Source of the DNA: Octopus sinensis
Taxonomy: Eukaryota
NCBI RefSeq assembly: GCF_006345805.1
Contig: NC_042997.1
Coordinates: 45,384,001 to 45,448,000, forward strand
Length of the DNA stretch: 64,000 bases
Reading direction: 5' to 3'
Part shown: positions 50,138 to 64,000 of the stretch, one piece after another
Position numbering within the stretch: the stretch's first letter is position 1
How the letters are laid out: every line of letters starts with the position of its first letter
Notes under the pieces: model-generated
The model's database searches: none
The model's input: the letters and a program-made list of their open reading frames with translations, nothing else
Told to the model about the DNA's origin: nothing
Program-made: the position numbers and the translations under genes

Positions 50138-53100
50138 AATGATTTCATATGGCATGAATGAAAGTCAAGTCAAATTTCCATTATTCTTTTGCTTCTTTTA
50201 TTATTTCATCTTGGAAGATATTCTGAAGACTAAGACTACATGAGAGAAAGGAAAGCCATTGACAATTCAGTTCTGCATACCTATGTATCCTTTAGGATAA
50301 TGTTCACCTGTGTGTGATGTGAATCTTGAAACACACGTAGGAACTCCAAACTAAATGTTGTAACACATTAATGTTGCATTTGATTTTCTCCAGCATTTCA
50401 AATATGTTAATGTGTGATATTAATATAATTTCTTACAAAGGCAGCATTTTATTTTTTAGCAAATGCGGTAATATAATAAATTTTTAGTACCAACAATAGC
50501 TGTGGCATCAAACTAGACATGACAAAGTATTGAGTGTGCCAATAATGTTTCAACTTGTCAGAAATATAATTCTATAGCACAGAAAGAAATGCAAATTATA
50601 CAGAAATGTATTTCACAATGAATTTTAATAGAAAATTTCTTTCATGACATAGCAGTAGTATTGGGAGTAATTTCCTAGCTCATCTGGTGTGACTTGAAAG
50701 AGGAACTTAGTGAAACTAAACTCTAGCTATTTTCTTCAGTTTTTAACAATTAAATCATTATCAAATATATTAATGTACCATCCCTTATATCAAGAGCCAT
50801 TCAAAGTACTACTTGACCAGTTCATATAAAAATAGGATGATAGCATGAAACAGATTTGGAAAGGAACATCTAACTGAAGTGCTTTCAGAAATTTCTAAAA
50901 GGACGCACAAGTGAAAGAGGAGAGAGAGAGAGAGAAAGAGAGAGAGAGGAGAGAGAAGAGCTGACATCGCTAGGGATCAATTGGTGTTCTGCAAATACAA
51001 GTTGCAAGTCATAAGGATAGTAGAAGGGGAACTCAGCAAATATGAAAACGTTAGTCAATTAGTTACAGCCTCTTATGTCGCTGTTAGAAGTTTAGCCAAA
51101 GAAATACTCGAGGTTGTCTAAAAGCCAACTGGCAGCAATAAAGCAGTACTGCCATACAGAGATCAATAACTGTTATACAAACAGCAGCTAGACATTAAAT
51201 AACAGTTATAAGAAATAATGGTTTATTCCCGATCAACTTTCAACACCACTCACTATACAATTTCAAAATTGTGTACTGTCTTAATTTATGGCTTAGGATG
51301 TATGAATTGTGTATATATATATATATATATATATTGCATACATGTACACACTATGTATACTACACACACATATGTACAAAAAGATAACTAACAACAAATT
51401 TTCTTTCATTTTATTAATTAAACGAAAGATGGTAGTGGTGAGAGGTAAGTGGAAAAAGTTATAAATTAAAGAACAGTCAAGACATATATCAAAAAGTAAA
51501 GAGAACTATCTCATAAAATCAGTTTGTATGCTCAAATTAACAGCTGATCTACAATGTAAAATGCTGTAGCTACTAAACAAGATGGACAGTCTGCAGTTTT
51601 ATATTGTACAGCCATTCTATCTAGCAAAAATTACACAACTACTATTCCATCACACCTCTAACCCCACTCAGTTCCTCTTTCCACCTCTTCGTTAAACAGT
51701 CACAGCACACACATAAAAATATATTTGTTGCTTAGACCGGCTTTAATACTTAATCAACAACCTATAACATCTAAGAAAATCAAAAGACCAGATACTAACA
51801 TGATTGCTAAATTATTCTGAAAGGTGTTTTATACGTTATGATTTTCTCATATGGTTCTTCATATGATGCATGTTTTTATTTATTTGTTTCAAATTTACTA
51901 TATATATCTATATGTATGCAAATATATATAAACTGTTTTATATATATTGTTGATCTATGAATCTCCAGTTCACTTTCTGTCTGTGTGTGTATGTATGTGT
52001 GTGTATATATATATGTGTGTTTGTGTGTGTGTGTGTAGAGAGAGAGAGAGATATCATCCAAGTTGTAAGCAGTATTATGGACAAGCTATACAGTAACCCA
52101 ACAAAAGGTGTCAACAATTCTCTACAAGGCAAAAGAACCAAGAGAACCAAAGTTTGTTTGGAAGTCTGCCAAGTCAAAAACATAATAAATATTCTTTAGT
52201 CATCATACTAAGAGCTGCAAAATTGAGAAACTACTGGTTTTTTTGTTTTTTTTCGTTTCTGAACTTTTATGTTTTATATAACAGATACTACAGAATCAAT
52301 GATGAAGAAAAAAACAAAAATAGATACTGAGGTGAGAAAATAAGGATTTAAAAAAAAACAATAAGAGAAAGAAAACTACGAAAACTGATTTATGAAAGAT
52401 TTAGAAATTTATGGCAACTATCTTTGATACATGCAGCTTTAGATTAGATTTATAATTTAAAATATGTTATCAATAGCAGATTGCATAAATATCCAGGCAC
52501 TTTCCATTATCTGTTCTGTTTTTATTTGTTTATTTCATATTTTATTTTTTAAATCCATTTCCAATGAAACAATTAAAGAGATAAGCATATTAGATACCCA
52601 CTTAGCATTAATACAAAGGGTTAAGCTCAATGATGGAATAAACAAAATCTACTCTCAATCACCACTATTAAAGTGCCTTGGCTCCAATTTCTAGCAACAT
52701 TCATTTCAATTCATTTGTAATGTCTACATCCCTTAGTGAAAGGCAATGAATATAGGAACTCCTCATTTCTCTCTACCTATCAATCTTTTCCTTATACAGG
52801 AATTTAATAAAATTGCTGTGAATTCACTCTTTAGCTGAACAACTTATATAGATGAATATATATATAATTAATTATTTATGAACATTTAGCTTACATTGCC
52901 TACTGATAAATATGACGGCCTAAAAATGACCAGTAATTCCTGTAGTTGCAATATTGTTCTAAAGCATCTAATATAAATTCCATTTAACTTGGAGAAAATC
53001 AGAACTAAAATGAATGAAAATTTTATCCAGTATTTGAATCAATATGTCCCCCACCTCTCTCCCTTCTGCTTTTTTTCTTTCCAGTTTCTTTGTCTATCTC

Positions 53101-53752
53101 TTATTATTTTGTTTGAGATATGACTATTCCAATTTTCCTGACTTTGCTTTCATGTGGTACAGCAATTTATCATTATCATCATCATCATCACCCTCCTTTT
53201 ACATCTACTTCCCATACTGGCATGGAAGTGAATGGGTCATCATGGTTGGAGTCAGTACATATTCAGGGGTACTGCTCACACGGAGAAGTCAAAGGGCAGC
53301 ATTTCATTTAGGTTTCATTTTTGGCTTGGCTTCTATGGCTAGGTGCTCCATTTCCAAACACCTACCACTTCACACAGTGAACATAGTAATTATTTTGCAA
53401 TCAGAGCAACTAAGTCCAAGAGAAGATGTATCATTTAGGCAACAACCTGAGTATGCTAAACAAAATGATCTTGTGTATGTGTGTGTGTCTGTGTGTGTAT
53501 ATGTATGTGTTCATGTGTGTATATGTGTGTGTCTATGGTGCACTATAATGTTCTGATACAGTTTGTTAAATATAATAACATAAAACAAATGCTTCATGCT
53601 GGAAAGTAAATATATTATATTTGTAACACAGACACAATAAAAATGGACAGATTGTAAAAGGAGTCTAGTAATATATTTCCAAATATTTTGTTGCACTTCT
53701 CCAGCTCCATCTATCACCAGAAACCAGGATTACCATACCTATGTAATATGTA

Positions 53753-53916
53753 AGGCATGGCTGTGTGGCTAAGAAATTCACTTTCCAGCCATGTGGTTTT
53801 GGGTTTAGCCCCACTGTATAGCAACTTGGGTAAGTGTTTTTGACAATGATCCGCAAGCTGACCAAAGCCTTGTGATGGATCTGTTGGACAGAATTTTTGT
53901 GGAAGCCCACTGTATG

Positions 53917-53985
<69 letters not shown>

Positions 53986-54222
53986 ATATTCCTCTCATGA
54001 TCACTGGTTTGTAAACAACGGATTCCTGCTGGTGTCATTTGCTTACTGTTCATGAAAGCATGTCCAGCTGTTTGCTGTTTATTACACTGGGAAATGTTTG
54101 ATCAGCTTTGAAACCATTGGAGGTTGACAACCAAATGGATATTCAACTGTAGAAAACTCTGCTTCAATATACTCTTGTCTGACCCATGAGAACATGGGGA
54201 AACAGATGTTAAAACAATGATG
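53753..54222 (+). mobile_element. SINE with family-B head, internal (AG)n, RTE-like tail
   Basis: Same architecture as 20958-21374. Confidence 0.65.
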
Positions 54223-56608
54223 TGGAGGCATATGATGCCCGTATCTGCTAAACCATGATTTCACCATCAAGACATTAACAGAAGATATAGTCAAGAAATG
54301 GTAACAAGATGATCTTATAATACTGAACCTTACTAAGAAGATGCAACAAGTGGTGAGATGCATCACTGGAGAACACCGATCTAACTCTTGCAGGCAAAAA
54401 AGAAAAAAATGAAACATGATGATGATGAAATTCAAAAATGTAAGTCTGAATGTAATTTATCTGTTGCTCAGCATTACATTTTCCATAACATTGGTTGAGC
54501 AAAGAGGCTGTGGAGAGCAGACAGATCACACAGGATTTAGTTTGCAGTTTGGAGACAAAACAAAGGATTGTGTGTCTGTATCTTTGATGCAACAAATATT
54601 GATTGCAGGAATGATAAAATGTAATGATGCTCAACTAGATTTGAAATTTGCTCAGTGTAACTTATTGAAAGAAGTCTAAGAATAATGTGATTGCTACTTT
54701 GTGTGCTCTTATATAACTTATACAAGTTTGGTTTATCTCTACAGAGACTGTCAATGAAGTTCACAAGTTTTTGTAGTATAGGTTGAGATGTTACTCAATG
54801 GCTAGAGTTTCAGAAACTTCCAGTGCAATTTAGAGGACAAATAGAGAGCAAGATTAACCTAAGTCTTCTTCTTCTTCTTCAGAATGCAAGTAAAAGAAGC
54901 TGTGAGTGAGAGAGAGAAGTAGGATGGAGAAAGTGAGGGGAGGGAGAGAGAGGGGGTAGTAGGAGATTAGCAAGATCTTTTCTATATTAAAAGCAGTGTA
55001 ACTTTTAAATAGCTAGATATCTCCACAGACAAAAGCAGAAAAACCGCTAAACATGGACAGACTGGCATAATTCTATTCAAATCATATATTGACAATCATC
55101 CAGGTTTAGCTTATTAAGTTGCAAGGAATGAGACTTTGTCTTGATTGAATGTGATCACAATATTTGAATGCAACAATAGAACTTGAGTAATCATCATTTT
55201 AGAATACAATTATCCATTCACCTAAATTAATTCATTTGTAAATGATTTCTTGCAAACTACGTATTCTGTAGTTTAGATCAATTCAATTATCGCAGGAGAT
55301 TTTCATTTCAGCACTACAGACCGCAAAGCCAGGTTACCTGCTTGCTCATCAACCAAAAAATGGGGCAAGCAGAATTTTGTGTCTTATTATCCAGGGCACA
55401 GCAGAGAATTGATGTCAAGATAAGAATTCATAACTCTTCTTTTTATCCATTTGGCCAATATGACGACTCCAAGACAAAATGAAAAGATATTTAATGATCA
55501 CTACATCAATTTAATAAAAGATTGAATAAAAAGATTTTAAATGAATTAGATTACCTGAATAGAAACAATAAGGATAATAACTACTTTGAAAAATAGAATT
55601 GAATGGAAGAATAATTAAAATACAATGATGTCAAAGAAATATCTTTGATAAATGGAAAACTGTTGCAAAAAACAATAAAGGAAAAAATAGAAAGACGTCA
55701 AAGATATCACTTTTTCAATTCATTTTTGTGATTACATCAACAATATTTTTTTTAATTATTGCTATGCTTTGTATAAAGAAACCATTATTACTCGGCATTA
55801 TACAGGACTTGTTTTATCTAATTACAAAATGCCTAGGGTGTGCATACACGCATGCATGTATGAACTGGATTTGTACATATGTTTGTATATGAAGGAGCAG
55901 TCATGGCTGTGTGTTTAAGAAGTTTGTCTCTGAATCCACGGTTTCAAATTCAGTCCTGCTGCATGGTACCTTGGGCCCCAGGTGGGCCAAAGGTCTGTGA
56001 ATGGATTCTATTGAAGGAAATTGAAAGAGGTCCATTGTATCACCATTGTTTTAACATCCACTTTTCCATGTTTGCATGGGTAGGGAGGAATTTTTTGAAG
56101 CAGGGTCTTTGTGGTTAGATGCCCTTCCTGTCACCAACCCTTACTTGTTTCCAGACATATATTTGCAGAAGGTTGGTAACAAAGGACACTGCTTGCATGA
56201 CAGTGACACTCATTTACAACTACTATGTAATGTTAAGGCTAGGAGACAGTAGCATACACACACACACACATGTATGCAAACACACACACACACAGATATA
56301 TATATACGTGTGTGTGTGTGAGGTAGGTTTCTTTTAGTTTCCGTCCATCAAATGCACTCACAAGGCTTCGGTCAGCTTGGGGCTATAGTAGAAGACACTT
56401 GTCCAAGATGCCACACAGTGAGATTGAACCTTAAACCATGTAGTTGAGAAGCAAACTTCTCACTAATCAGCCATGCATACATAACTATATGTGTGTGTTT
56501 TTGTGTGTGTGTGATATTATGTGATCACTGTCATACAAGCAGGTGTGGAACCAGGTGAGCGTTGGTAGCAGGAGAGGTACCTAGTCATAGAAAATCTGCT
56601 TCAATATA

Positions 56609-57023
56609 AGGTGGCAAGCTGGCAGAAACAATAGCACGCCAGGCGAAATGCTTAGTGGTATTTCGTCTGCCATTACATTCTGAGTTCAAATTCCGCCGAG
56701 GTCAACTTTGCCTTTCATCCTTTCGGGGTCGATAAATTAAGTACCAGTTACGCACTGGGGTCGATGTAATCGACTTAATACCTATGTCTGTCCTTGTTTG
56801 TCCCCTCTGTCTTTAGCCCCTTGTGGGTAATAAAGAAATAGGTATTTCGTCTGCTGTTACATTCTGTGTTCAAATTCTGCCGAGGTCGACTTTGCTTTTA
56901 TCCTTTCAGGGTCGATAAATTAAGTACCAGTTACGCACTGGGGTCAATGTAATCGACTCAATCCCTTTGTCTGTTCTTGTTTGTCCCCTCTATGTTTAGC
57001 CCCTTGTGGGCAATAAAGAATTA
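56609..57023 (+). mobile_element. SINE family A head-to-tail partial dimer with 20-bp TSD
   Basis: The body repeats from ggtatttcgtctgc; flanked by agaaaatctgcttcaatata at 56589-56608 and 57024-57043. Confidence 0.9.
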
Positions 57024-58288
57024 AGAAAATCTGCTTCAATATATTCCATCCAACCCATGACAGCATGGGAAAGCAGATGTTAAAATGATGATAATGAATA
57101 AAAACTAAAACTATTCTTGTATGTATGAATGTACTCTTCCCAAAAGTTCTAAACAGAATAAAAGCCAGCAGCAAACAAGGTGACTAGCTTTCTTGCTTTA
57201 ATACTCAAAATCATAGGTGCATGTATGCATGCACATCAACAGTTGTATACATGTCTTTATAGTGGACTGTATTAAAATATGTATGCATGTGTGTGTGTAT
57301 GTTTGTGTAAGGTAAGTGTCCTATAAAAGGAAAATAACTGAATTGGCTACTACAGTACACTGTATTCATTTACTACATCTAGGCCAAATCAGCTAAGATA
57401 AAGATTATCTTTCTCCTACTTGCACCCTTCAGATGATATCTCTTCAATGTAATCTAATGAAATATTTATAAACGATTCTGTACTGCCAATGCTTAGAGCA
57501 GAAAGCATTACTTTATATTTTTATCTACACATATTGAGGTGCGCAGAGCAAGTGAGAGTTCATCCATGATCACAACTCAGCACCAGCAGCAATACATGAA
57601 TACTTGATTCTTCACCAAGTAAGTATGCTAACTCTTTAGTATTCCAATTACTGTCAAATTTAATCATATTGTATAGAATTAATCATGCATTATCTTTTAC
57701 CATTGAGATTCTGATGATGTTATTGTTAATTTTTTAGAATGACACGGTAGGGTTGGTGTGAGAGGCTTGATCCAGCCAGTTTGATCGTAAAGAAGATAGA
57801 ATATTTGGATTAGATGTAGTCAGTTTAAATGCTGAAAGTTTAAGATTCAGATGGCACCTCAAAATTAGGGCTTCCTTTGTTCAAGGTTGACTGCCACTGT
57901 ATGGGTATGCGCAGGCCTGGACAAGTTTGCTTTGAAGAAGACTAGTGGTTTCTAGTGCATGCAAATCTCTCCTCTCTTCACATGACCAATGTATATTCAA
58001 GGCAAAAATACCAATGAAGGATGATACAGCTTGGATGTCAGCGTCATCACAGGTATTGCTGTCAAACTGCAAAGAAACAACAGATACTACAAAGCATTTT
58101 AGCTTGATCTTCAAACAGTTCTACCAACTCATCACTCTTGATTGCTACTTTCTTTTGCCAACCTTGAAAGGATGAAATGCAAAAGCTGACCTTGGTAGAA
58201 TTTGAACTCAGGCAACCTATCCAACCTTCCAACAACTCTTCCAAGCCACCACCATATCTCAAAAATATTTTTTGAATTCTTAAATAAT

Positions 58289-58467
58289 TAGATGTGAGTG
58301 TGGCTGAATGGTAAGAAGTTTGTTTCCCAACCACATGGTTTGGGGTTCAGTCCCACTTGACACCTTGGGCTAGTATCTTCCACTATAGTCCCAGCCCGAC
58401 TGTGAGTAGATTTGGTAGACAGAAACTGAAAGAAACCCATCATGTATATATGTAAGTATATATATAT

Positions 58468-58522
<55 letters not shown>

Positions 58523-58538
58523 GTATATATATATGTAT

Positions 58539-58573
<35 letters not shown>

Positions 58574-58793
58574 TACATACATATGTGTGTGCGCCTTTGT
58601 TGTTCTCCACAACTGTTTAACTGGTATTGGCTTGTTTACATCTCTGTAACTAAGTGGTTTGACAAAAATGACTGGTAGAATAAGTACCATGTTTAAAAAA
58701 ATAAATACTGGGGTTGATTTGTTCAACATAATCCCTCAAGGTAGTGTCCCAGCATAGCCACAGTCCAGTGACCGAAACAAGGGAAAGATTAAA
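58289..58793 (+). mobile_element. SINE family B with expanded internal microsatellite
   Basis: Head, core and tail colinear with the family. Confidence 0.8.
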
Positions 58794-59355
58794 AATAATT
58801 CTCCCTCTCTCTCTTTTAGTATGCCATCAAACAAACATCCTTGTATATTTACTCAGCAATTAAATTGCTGCTACATCAGAAATGATCCAAATTACCTTCA
58901 TTACTTTCTAATAAAAAATTATAATATTAAATTAATATTCAACTAATTATTTTACTTTCATTGCATGCTTGAATCTATTTTAGTTTTTATGTTCCAAGTA
59001 TTAATTGTACTCTCACTGATTTAACTGTATCCATCTAACCAGCTGTAATTTTCTACATGCCAAAGTATGGTTTTTGTGATGCTTACAAAGATACATGACT
59101 TTACAGTGAAAGTACTTTTTCATATCAAGGAAATATAATTACAATATATTAGTAGGTTATTTGAATTATTTTGGTAGCATAATTGTAAATACATCCTTAA
59201 TATCTAGTTTGGTGCTAGTGTTTTCATATTTGAAAGCTTTCTGTAGTTGACTATATTCCACATTCTAGGGTTTTACCAATAGTATGCTGGATTATATACA
59301 GCACAATGACTCAAGAAGAATTAAAATCAAAGGAACAAACTTAGGTTGAGTCTAT

Positions 59356-59818
59356 TCATCATCATCATCATTTAACGTCCGCTTTCCAAGCTAGCATGGG
59401 TTGGATGATTTGACTGAGGACTGGCAAACCAGATGGCTGCGCCAGGCTCCAATCTGATCTGGTAGAGTTTCTACAGCTGGATGCCCTTCCTAATGCCAAC
59501 CACTCTGAGAGTGTAGTGGGTGCTTTTACGTGCCACTGGCATGAGGGCCAGTCTGGCGGTACTGGCAACAGCCATGCTCGAAATGGTTTTTTTTACATGC
59601 CACCTGCACAGGAGTTAGTCCAACGGTACTGGCAACGACCTCGCTCAAATGTTTTGTTCATGTGCCACCGGCACAAGCGCCAGTAAGGTGACGCTGGTAA
59701 CGATCACGCTCAAATGGTGCTTTTTACGTGCTGCCAGCATGGAAGCCAGACAGCTCCTCCGGCAGTGATCCCACTCGGATGGAGCTGTTAGCACTCCACT
59801 GGCATGGGTGCCAGTCAT
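59356..59818 (-). mobile_element. RTE-clade LINE 3' end with about five internal tandem units
   Basis: As 10391-10800. Confidence 0.7.
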
Positions 59819-62097
59819 CAAATTTAAAATAAATTTATTTACATAGATAAGGTGTTGCCCCAGCATGGCCACAGTCCAATGACTGAAACAAGCAAAAGGA
59901 AAGAAAATAAAAGAGATAGATATTGTGTACGAGACTTGTTACTCGAAGGATGTACGTTCATCTGCAAATAAAGTCTTTTCAGCAGGTTCCTCAATCTAAC
60001 AATTCTATCTGCTGTATAAAAACGACCCATGTTTGATTAAAATTGCTGTTATTGCAGTTGAAAACAACAATATTTCTACTATTGCTACTACTGCAATCAT
60101 TACAATGTAAATATTATTGCCGCAAATATTATTCAGAATTTAAAATAACAAAACAACAACATTAACAACTACATCAAATCCACCATCATCATCATCACTA
60201 CCACTGCTATTCCTAGCAGTTCTGTCAATGCTTATTGCATCTCGTAATTATTCCAATACAGTATTGACAACTACCTTCCACCATCCATTGTTCTAAAAAC
60301 AAAAAAAACGATAGTTGAAATTGGACATGCTTTTACAGAACATTTCATATTTACAATTATTAATACTGCCAGATGCCAACAGCAATATAGCTAGCTGGCT
60401 AAGAGTATAAATACTGAAACTTAAACTTGTGAATATAAACCAATTTTAACTAAATTAGACAAGCTGTTCATATTCAAACAATGTTTCTAAGCTAAAAGCT
60501 AGGTTTTCAAAAGCTATTATAAAAACAAAGTAACCTTGAACTGCCATCTTGAACTGTTGATCAGAGAGCAGCGAATGCCATATCTAAAAAGATGACATGC
60601 GGATGACAAAGCAATTAAATATAATTATTCTAGCTGCTCGAAGAGAGCTTTAGTGAGTTTAAAGATCCAATTTTTAAATGCATTCTGAATCCAGAATGTT
60701 AGTGCAAAGATATCATCATTTCTTCAGTCACAAGGCCATAAAATATCCTTGTAATTTGTGTTTAACTTCTGAAACAAATTGAGTTCTTCTCTTCGAAATT
60801 TAAAATAAAACTTCAGAAATGATAGAATAAATAACAAAATAATAATAAAAATGAATAAATTTGATGGTTCACTTCATGATTTTGTTTGTATTTTATTTTA
60901 TTTTTTTATATATTTTATTTTCATTCAGATTATTTATATTCAACTTCTTTTTATTTTCTAATTTTTGGCATTTAGAAAAGATTCTTTTATGATAAAAGAT
61001 CAATTTCTGATTTCTTGAAAGAATAAAAAAAACAGTAAGAAAAAAAACAGGAATTTCAGAAAAAATAAAAAAAAAGAATAAAGAATTCTTGCTAGAACAT
61101 CCATATATGAAAGATACTAGATAACGATCTCATTGCATTTAAGTTCAGTTAAAACGTATGCAAATGGATATCAGAAGGATACTCAGAGAATTTAATGGAA
61201 GGGTGTTGTGAGAATAAAATGAGCTGCATGAAATTATCAAATACAATATAAAGAAAAACTAATTTCTAACTAAAATATTCCATGGATACAAGAAAAATTA
61301 ATGGAAACTCATCCAAACAATTATAATCTTTTGACTAAATTTTCCAAGGCTAAGCATTCGGAAATGTTATTTATATTATTATTATCATTATTTATTTATT
61401 TATCCTTATTATTATTTATCATCTTCTTCCTCTTCGTCTTCTTCTTCTTCTTTTTCTTCTTGTTATTATTATTAGAAAGAGTTTGTTATTTACATATTTA
61501 TTTAAAATTTCACATACAAAATGAAGTTGTGCGTGTGCGTACATGTACTTTTATGCGTGTGTGTGTGTGGAAACAACATTTATCCAAGAAATAGCTCTAA
61601 TGAACATATGCATTAAAAACAAATTACTAAAAAAAAAAAAACGAATGCAAATCAAAGCAAAACCAACATAAAGAGGCCCTCTGAATAAAGATTCATTATT
61701 TCTAAAATATATTCTGTTAAACAGAAGGTGCATGTGTGTTGGGAGAGAGTCTGCATAAATTTAATTAACTTCTTTAAAAACCGTATTTATAAGGTTCCTT
61801 TTTGATATTTTTCTTTTGAATATTGCCTGACTTCCAGTCAGTTTTAACTTGACATCCCAATTTCTTTTGAAGATCAATTTTTGTAGTGTGGAAACTATAC
61901 TGGATTCAATACACTCACATATATTACTGCTACTTGTATGAGCCAGTGAGGGTGCTTCAAATGACTTGCTATATTTATCAGCAAACTGTTCCTCATAATT
62001 ACAGACCCAGCCACCTTAAGAGATTTACAAAAGACACATTGGATAATCTAGTCCAGAGTACACTGTTCGTAGACAACTAAAAAAAGTAAACATTGAG

Positions 62098-62262
62098 GCA
62101 TAGGAGTGGCTGTATGGTGAGTAGCTTGCTTACCAACCACATGGTTCCAGGTTCAGTCCCACTGCATGGCACCTTGGGCAAGTGTCTTCTACTATAGCCT
62201 CGGGCCGACCAAAGCCTTGTGAGTGGATTTGGTTGACGGAAACTGAAAAGAAGCCCGTCATA

Positions 62263-62293
<31 letters not shown>

Positions 62294-62515
62294 GCATGTG
62301 TGTGTGTATATGTTTGTGTGTCTGTGTTTGTCCCCCGAACATCACTTGACAACCGATGCTGGTGTGTTTACATCCCCCGAAACTTAGCGGTTCGGCAAAA
62401 GAGACTGATAGAATAAGTACTAGGCTTACAAAGAATAAGTCGTGGGGTTGATTTGCTCGGTTAAAGGCGGTGCTCCAGCACGGCCACAGCCACATGACTG
62501 AAACAAGTAAAGAGT
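62098..62515 (+). mobile_element. SINE family B inserted into a family C repeat
   Basis: Full-length copy flanked by attgag (62092-62097 and 62516-62521); family C sequence lies on both sides (about 61880-62600). Confidence 0.88.
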
Positions 62516-62878
62516 ATTGAGATGATCATGCTAGAATATAAAATAGGGTTTGCTCAATCAGGGCAAACTTGGGACTGAAGTTAACAACAACAACATCATC
62601 ATTTATTATTTGATTTAGTGAATGAGCAAAAACTAGAAAAAACGTAAGTGGGGGCAAGTTGATAAAAAAAGGTGTTGTTTGTCTTATGCTTGATAAGAAA
62701 AAGGAAAAGAGGTCTTTGACATTTCAGACATTAGTTTTTCATTAGAAAAGAGAAAGGAAGAAGGGTGGTGGAAAGGAGAGAAGAAGACAGGAAGGCAGAT
62801 ACAAAAAGAAAAAAGTTTAGGGGTCAGATGGGAATGTGTTTCTATGAGAGGAATAAGTAGGGGCATTGTGTGCATATA

Positions 62879-63089
62879 TGAAGGGGTGCTGAAAAGTTCC
62901 TGGTTTTGGGTAAAAGAAAATACAGGAGGATCAGGATTTTATGCAGCATATTCCCCCCCCCAGATTCACACACTTATTGTAGCAGTTCTTCAGTTTTTTC
63001 GAAGCTCTGTGAAAGAAATCAGAAGGTTCGGCCTCCAACCAGACCTTCCACAATACCCTTAAAGCAAAGAAATTTTCAGCACACTCTCA
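62879..63089. mobile_element. Mariner-type MITE (211 bp)
   Basis: Imperfect ~29-bp TIRs (tgaaggggtgctgaaaagttcctggtttt / aaagcaaagaaattttcagcacactctca) with TA on both sides. Confidence 0.8.
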
Positions 63090-64000
63090 TATAAAAGAGT
63101 ATCTGTCTAAGGGGGGAGGTGTGTAAGTGGTGTGAGGTGCAGGTGGTTTTAATGTTTCTTACTGGTTTTCACTTTAGAATTAAATTAAATATTGTTTTTT
63201 GCAACAATTTAATAACTCAACCAATTCCTTAAAAAGCTACTGTGACCAAATTTTTAATGAAGTAAACTGGCTCTGTGATTTGATTTATTTTGAAATTTGT
63301 AATCAAAATATGGATGAAATTCATAAAATAACTTTACTTTTTTTTTTTAAGGAAGAAAGAATATGCTAATTAAGATACGGAAAAATATGAAATATTAAAT
63401 AAATTTAGATTTCATTGAACAAACATAACATTTTCCAAAAGAAACATTCTTCCACTTCTTCCTTTGTTTCACTCATTTATACCTAAAAAAAAAAGAAAGA
63501 AAGGGGCTACCTAATTAACATATTGCTCTTTTTAGAAAATTATAAAAAGTTAATAACTAATGCAGGTTGTACACAAGGAAGAGAGTAGGATGAAGATTAA
63601 AGGCAAAAACTGTTATAAATCTATAATATAAATTGGACATGGGCGATCGTTGTATTCTTTCTTGTCTTGAGGTTCACAGCCAAACAGCTGGGTGGATTCA
63701 CGTGAAAAAATGGCACACATGTGCACAGACTGGAATGCGGTTTGTATTTTTTTCCTAGCCCCCATAGTTACTAAGAAAATCGATTAAAACTTTTTCTAAT
63801 GGAATCCTCCTCTTTGTTTCGCCATTAAAACAACCAGTTGCTCACATAGCCGGCATATACCATTTTGCTAGCAACAAGGGGTGTACAGGATGACAGTCAG
63901 CCAAAAATTTCGCTATGCTGTCTCTCTTCTTTCACCTCTTTGTGGGGTTAATAATCTTTGGTTACAGTTTCTCGTTAAAATTACATAAAAGGCAGATTTG

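Noticed and set aside
52089-52124. RIVDTFCWVTV resembling the innexin/pannexin xxTFCW motif
   Set aside because: Bounded by stops within 11 codons; no other innexin segments found.
55540-55580. AG/GT recursive-splice-like site on minus (also about 39248 and 15658)
   Set aside because: Such motifs are expected by chance in 64 kb of AT-rich DNA; a saw-tooth total RNA-seq profile would be needed.

Overview
AT-rich, microsatellite-dense animal genomic DNA. The SINE and LINE-tail families resemble those I recall from octopod (Octopus-type) genomes; this is an inference that needs a Dfam/Repbase or BLAST check. I could not assemble a protein-coding gene. The window reads as intronic or intergenic DNA filled with four SINE families, many RTE-clade LINE 3' ends, a CR1 3' end, a dead mariner, two Tc1/mariner MITEs, a decayed hAT transposase, an intact non-autonomous Helitron and a Penelope-like fragment carrying a minimal hammerhead ribozyme motif. 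Most ORFs in the supplied track come from microsatellites or antisense repeats. Purine-run skew suggests a minus-strand host transcript. Several short exon or microexon candidates are listed at low confidence on both strands. I do not claim a new biological system. The best leads are the hammerhead motif, a minus-strand microexon pair, an inverted SINE pair that could form dsRNA, and a 209-bp palindrome.
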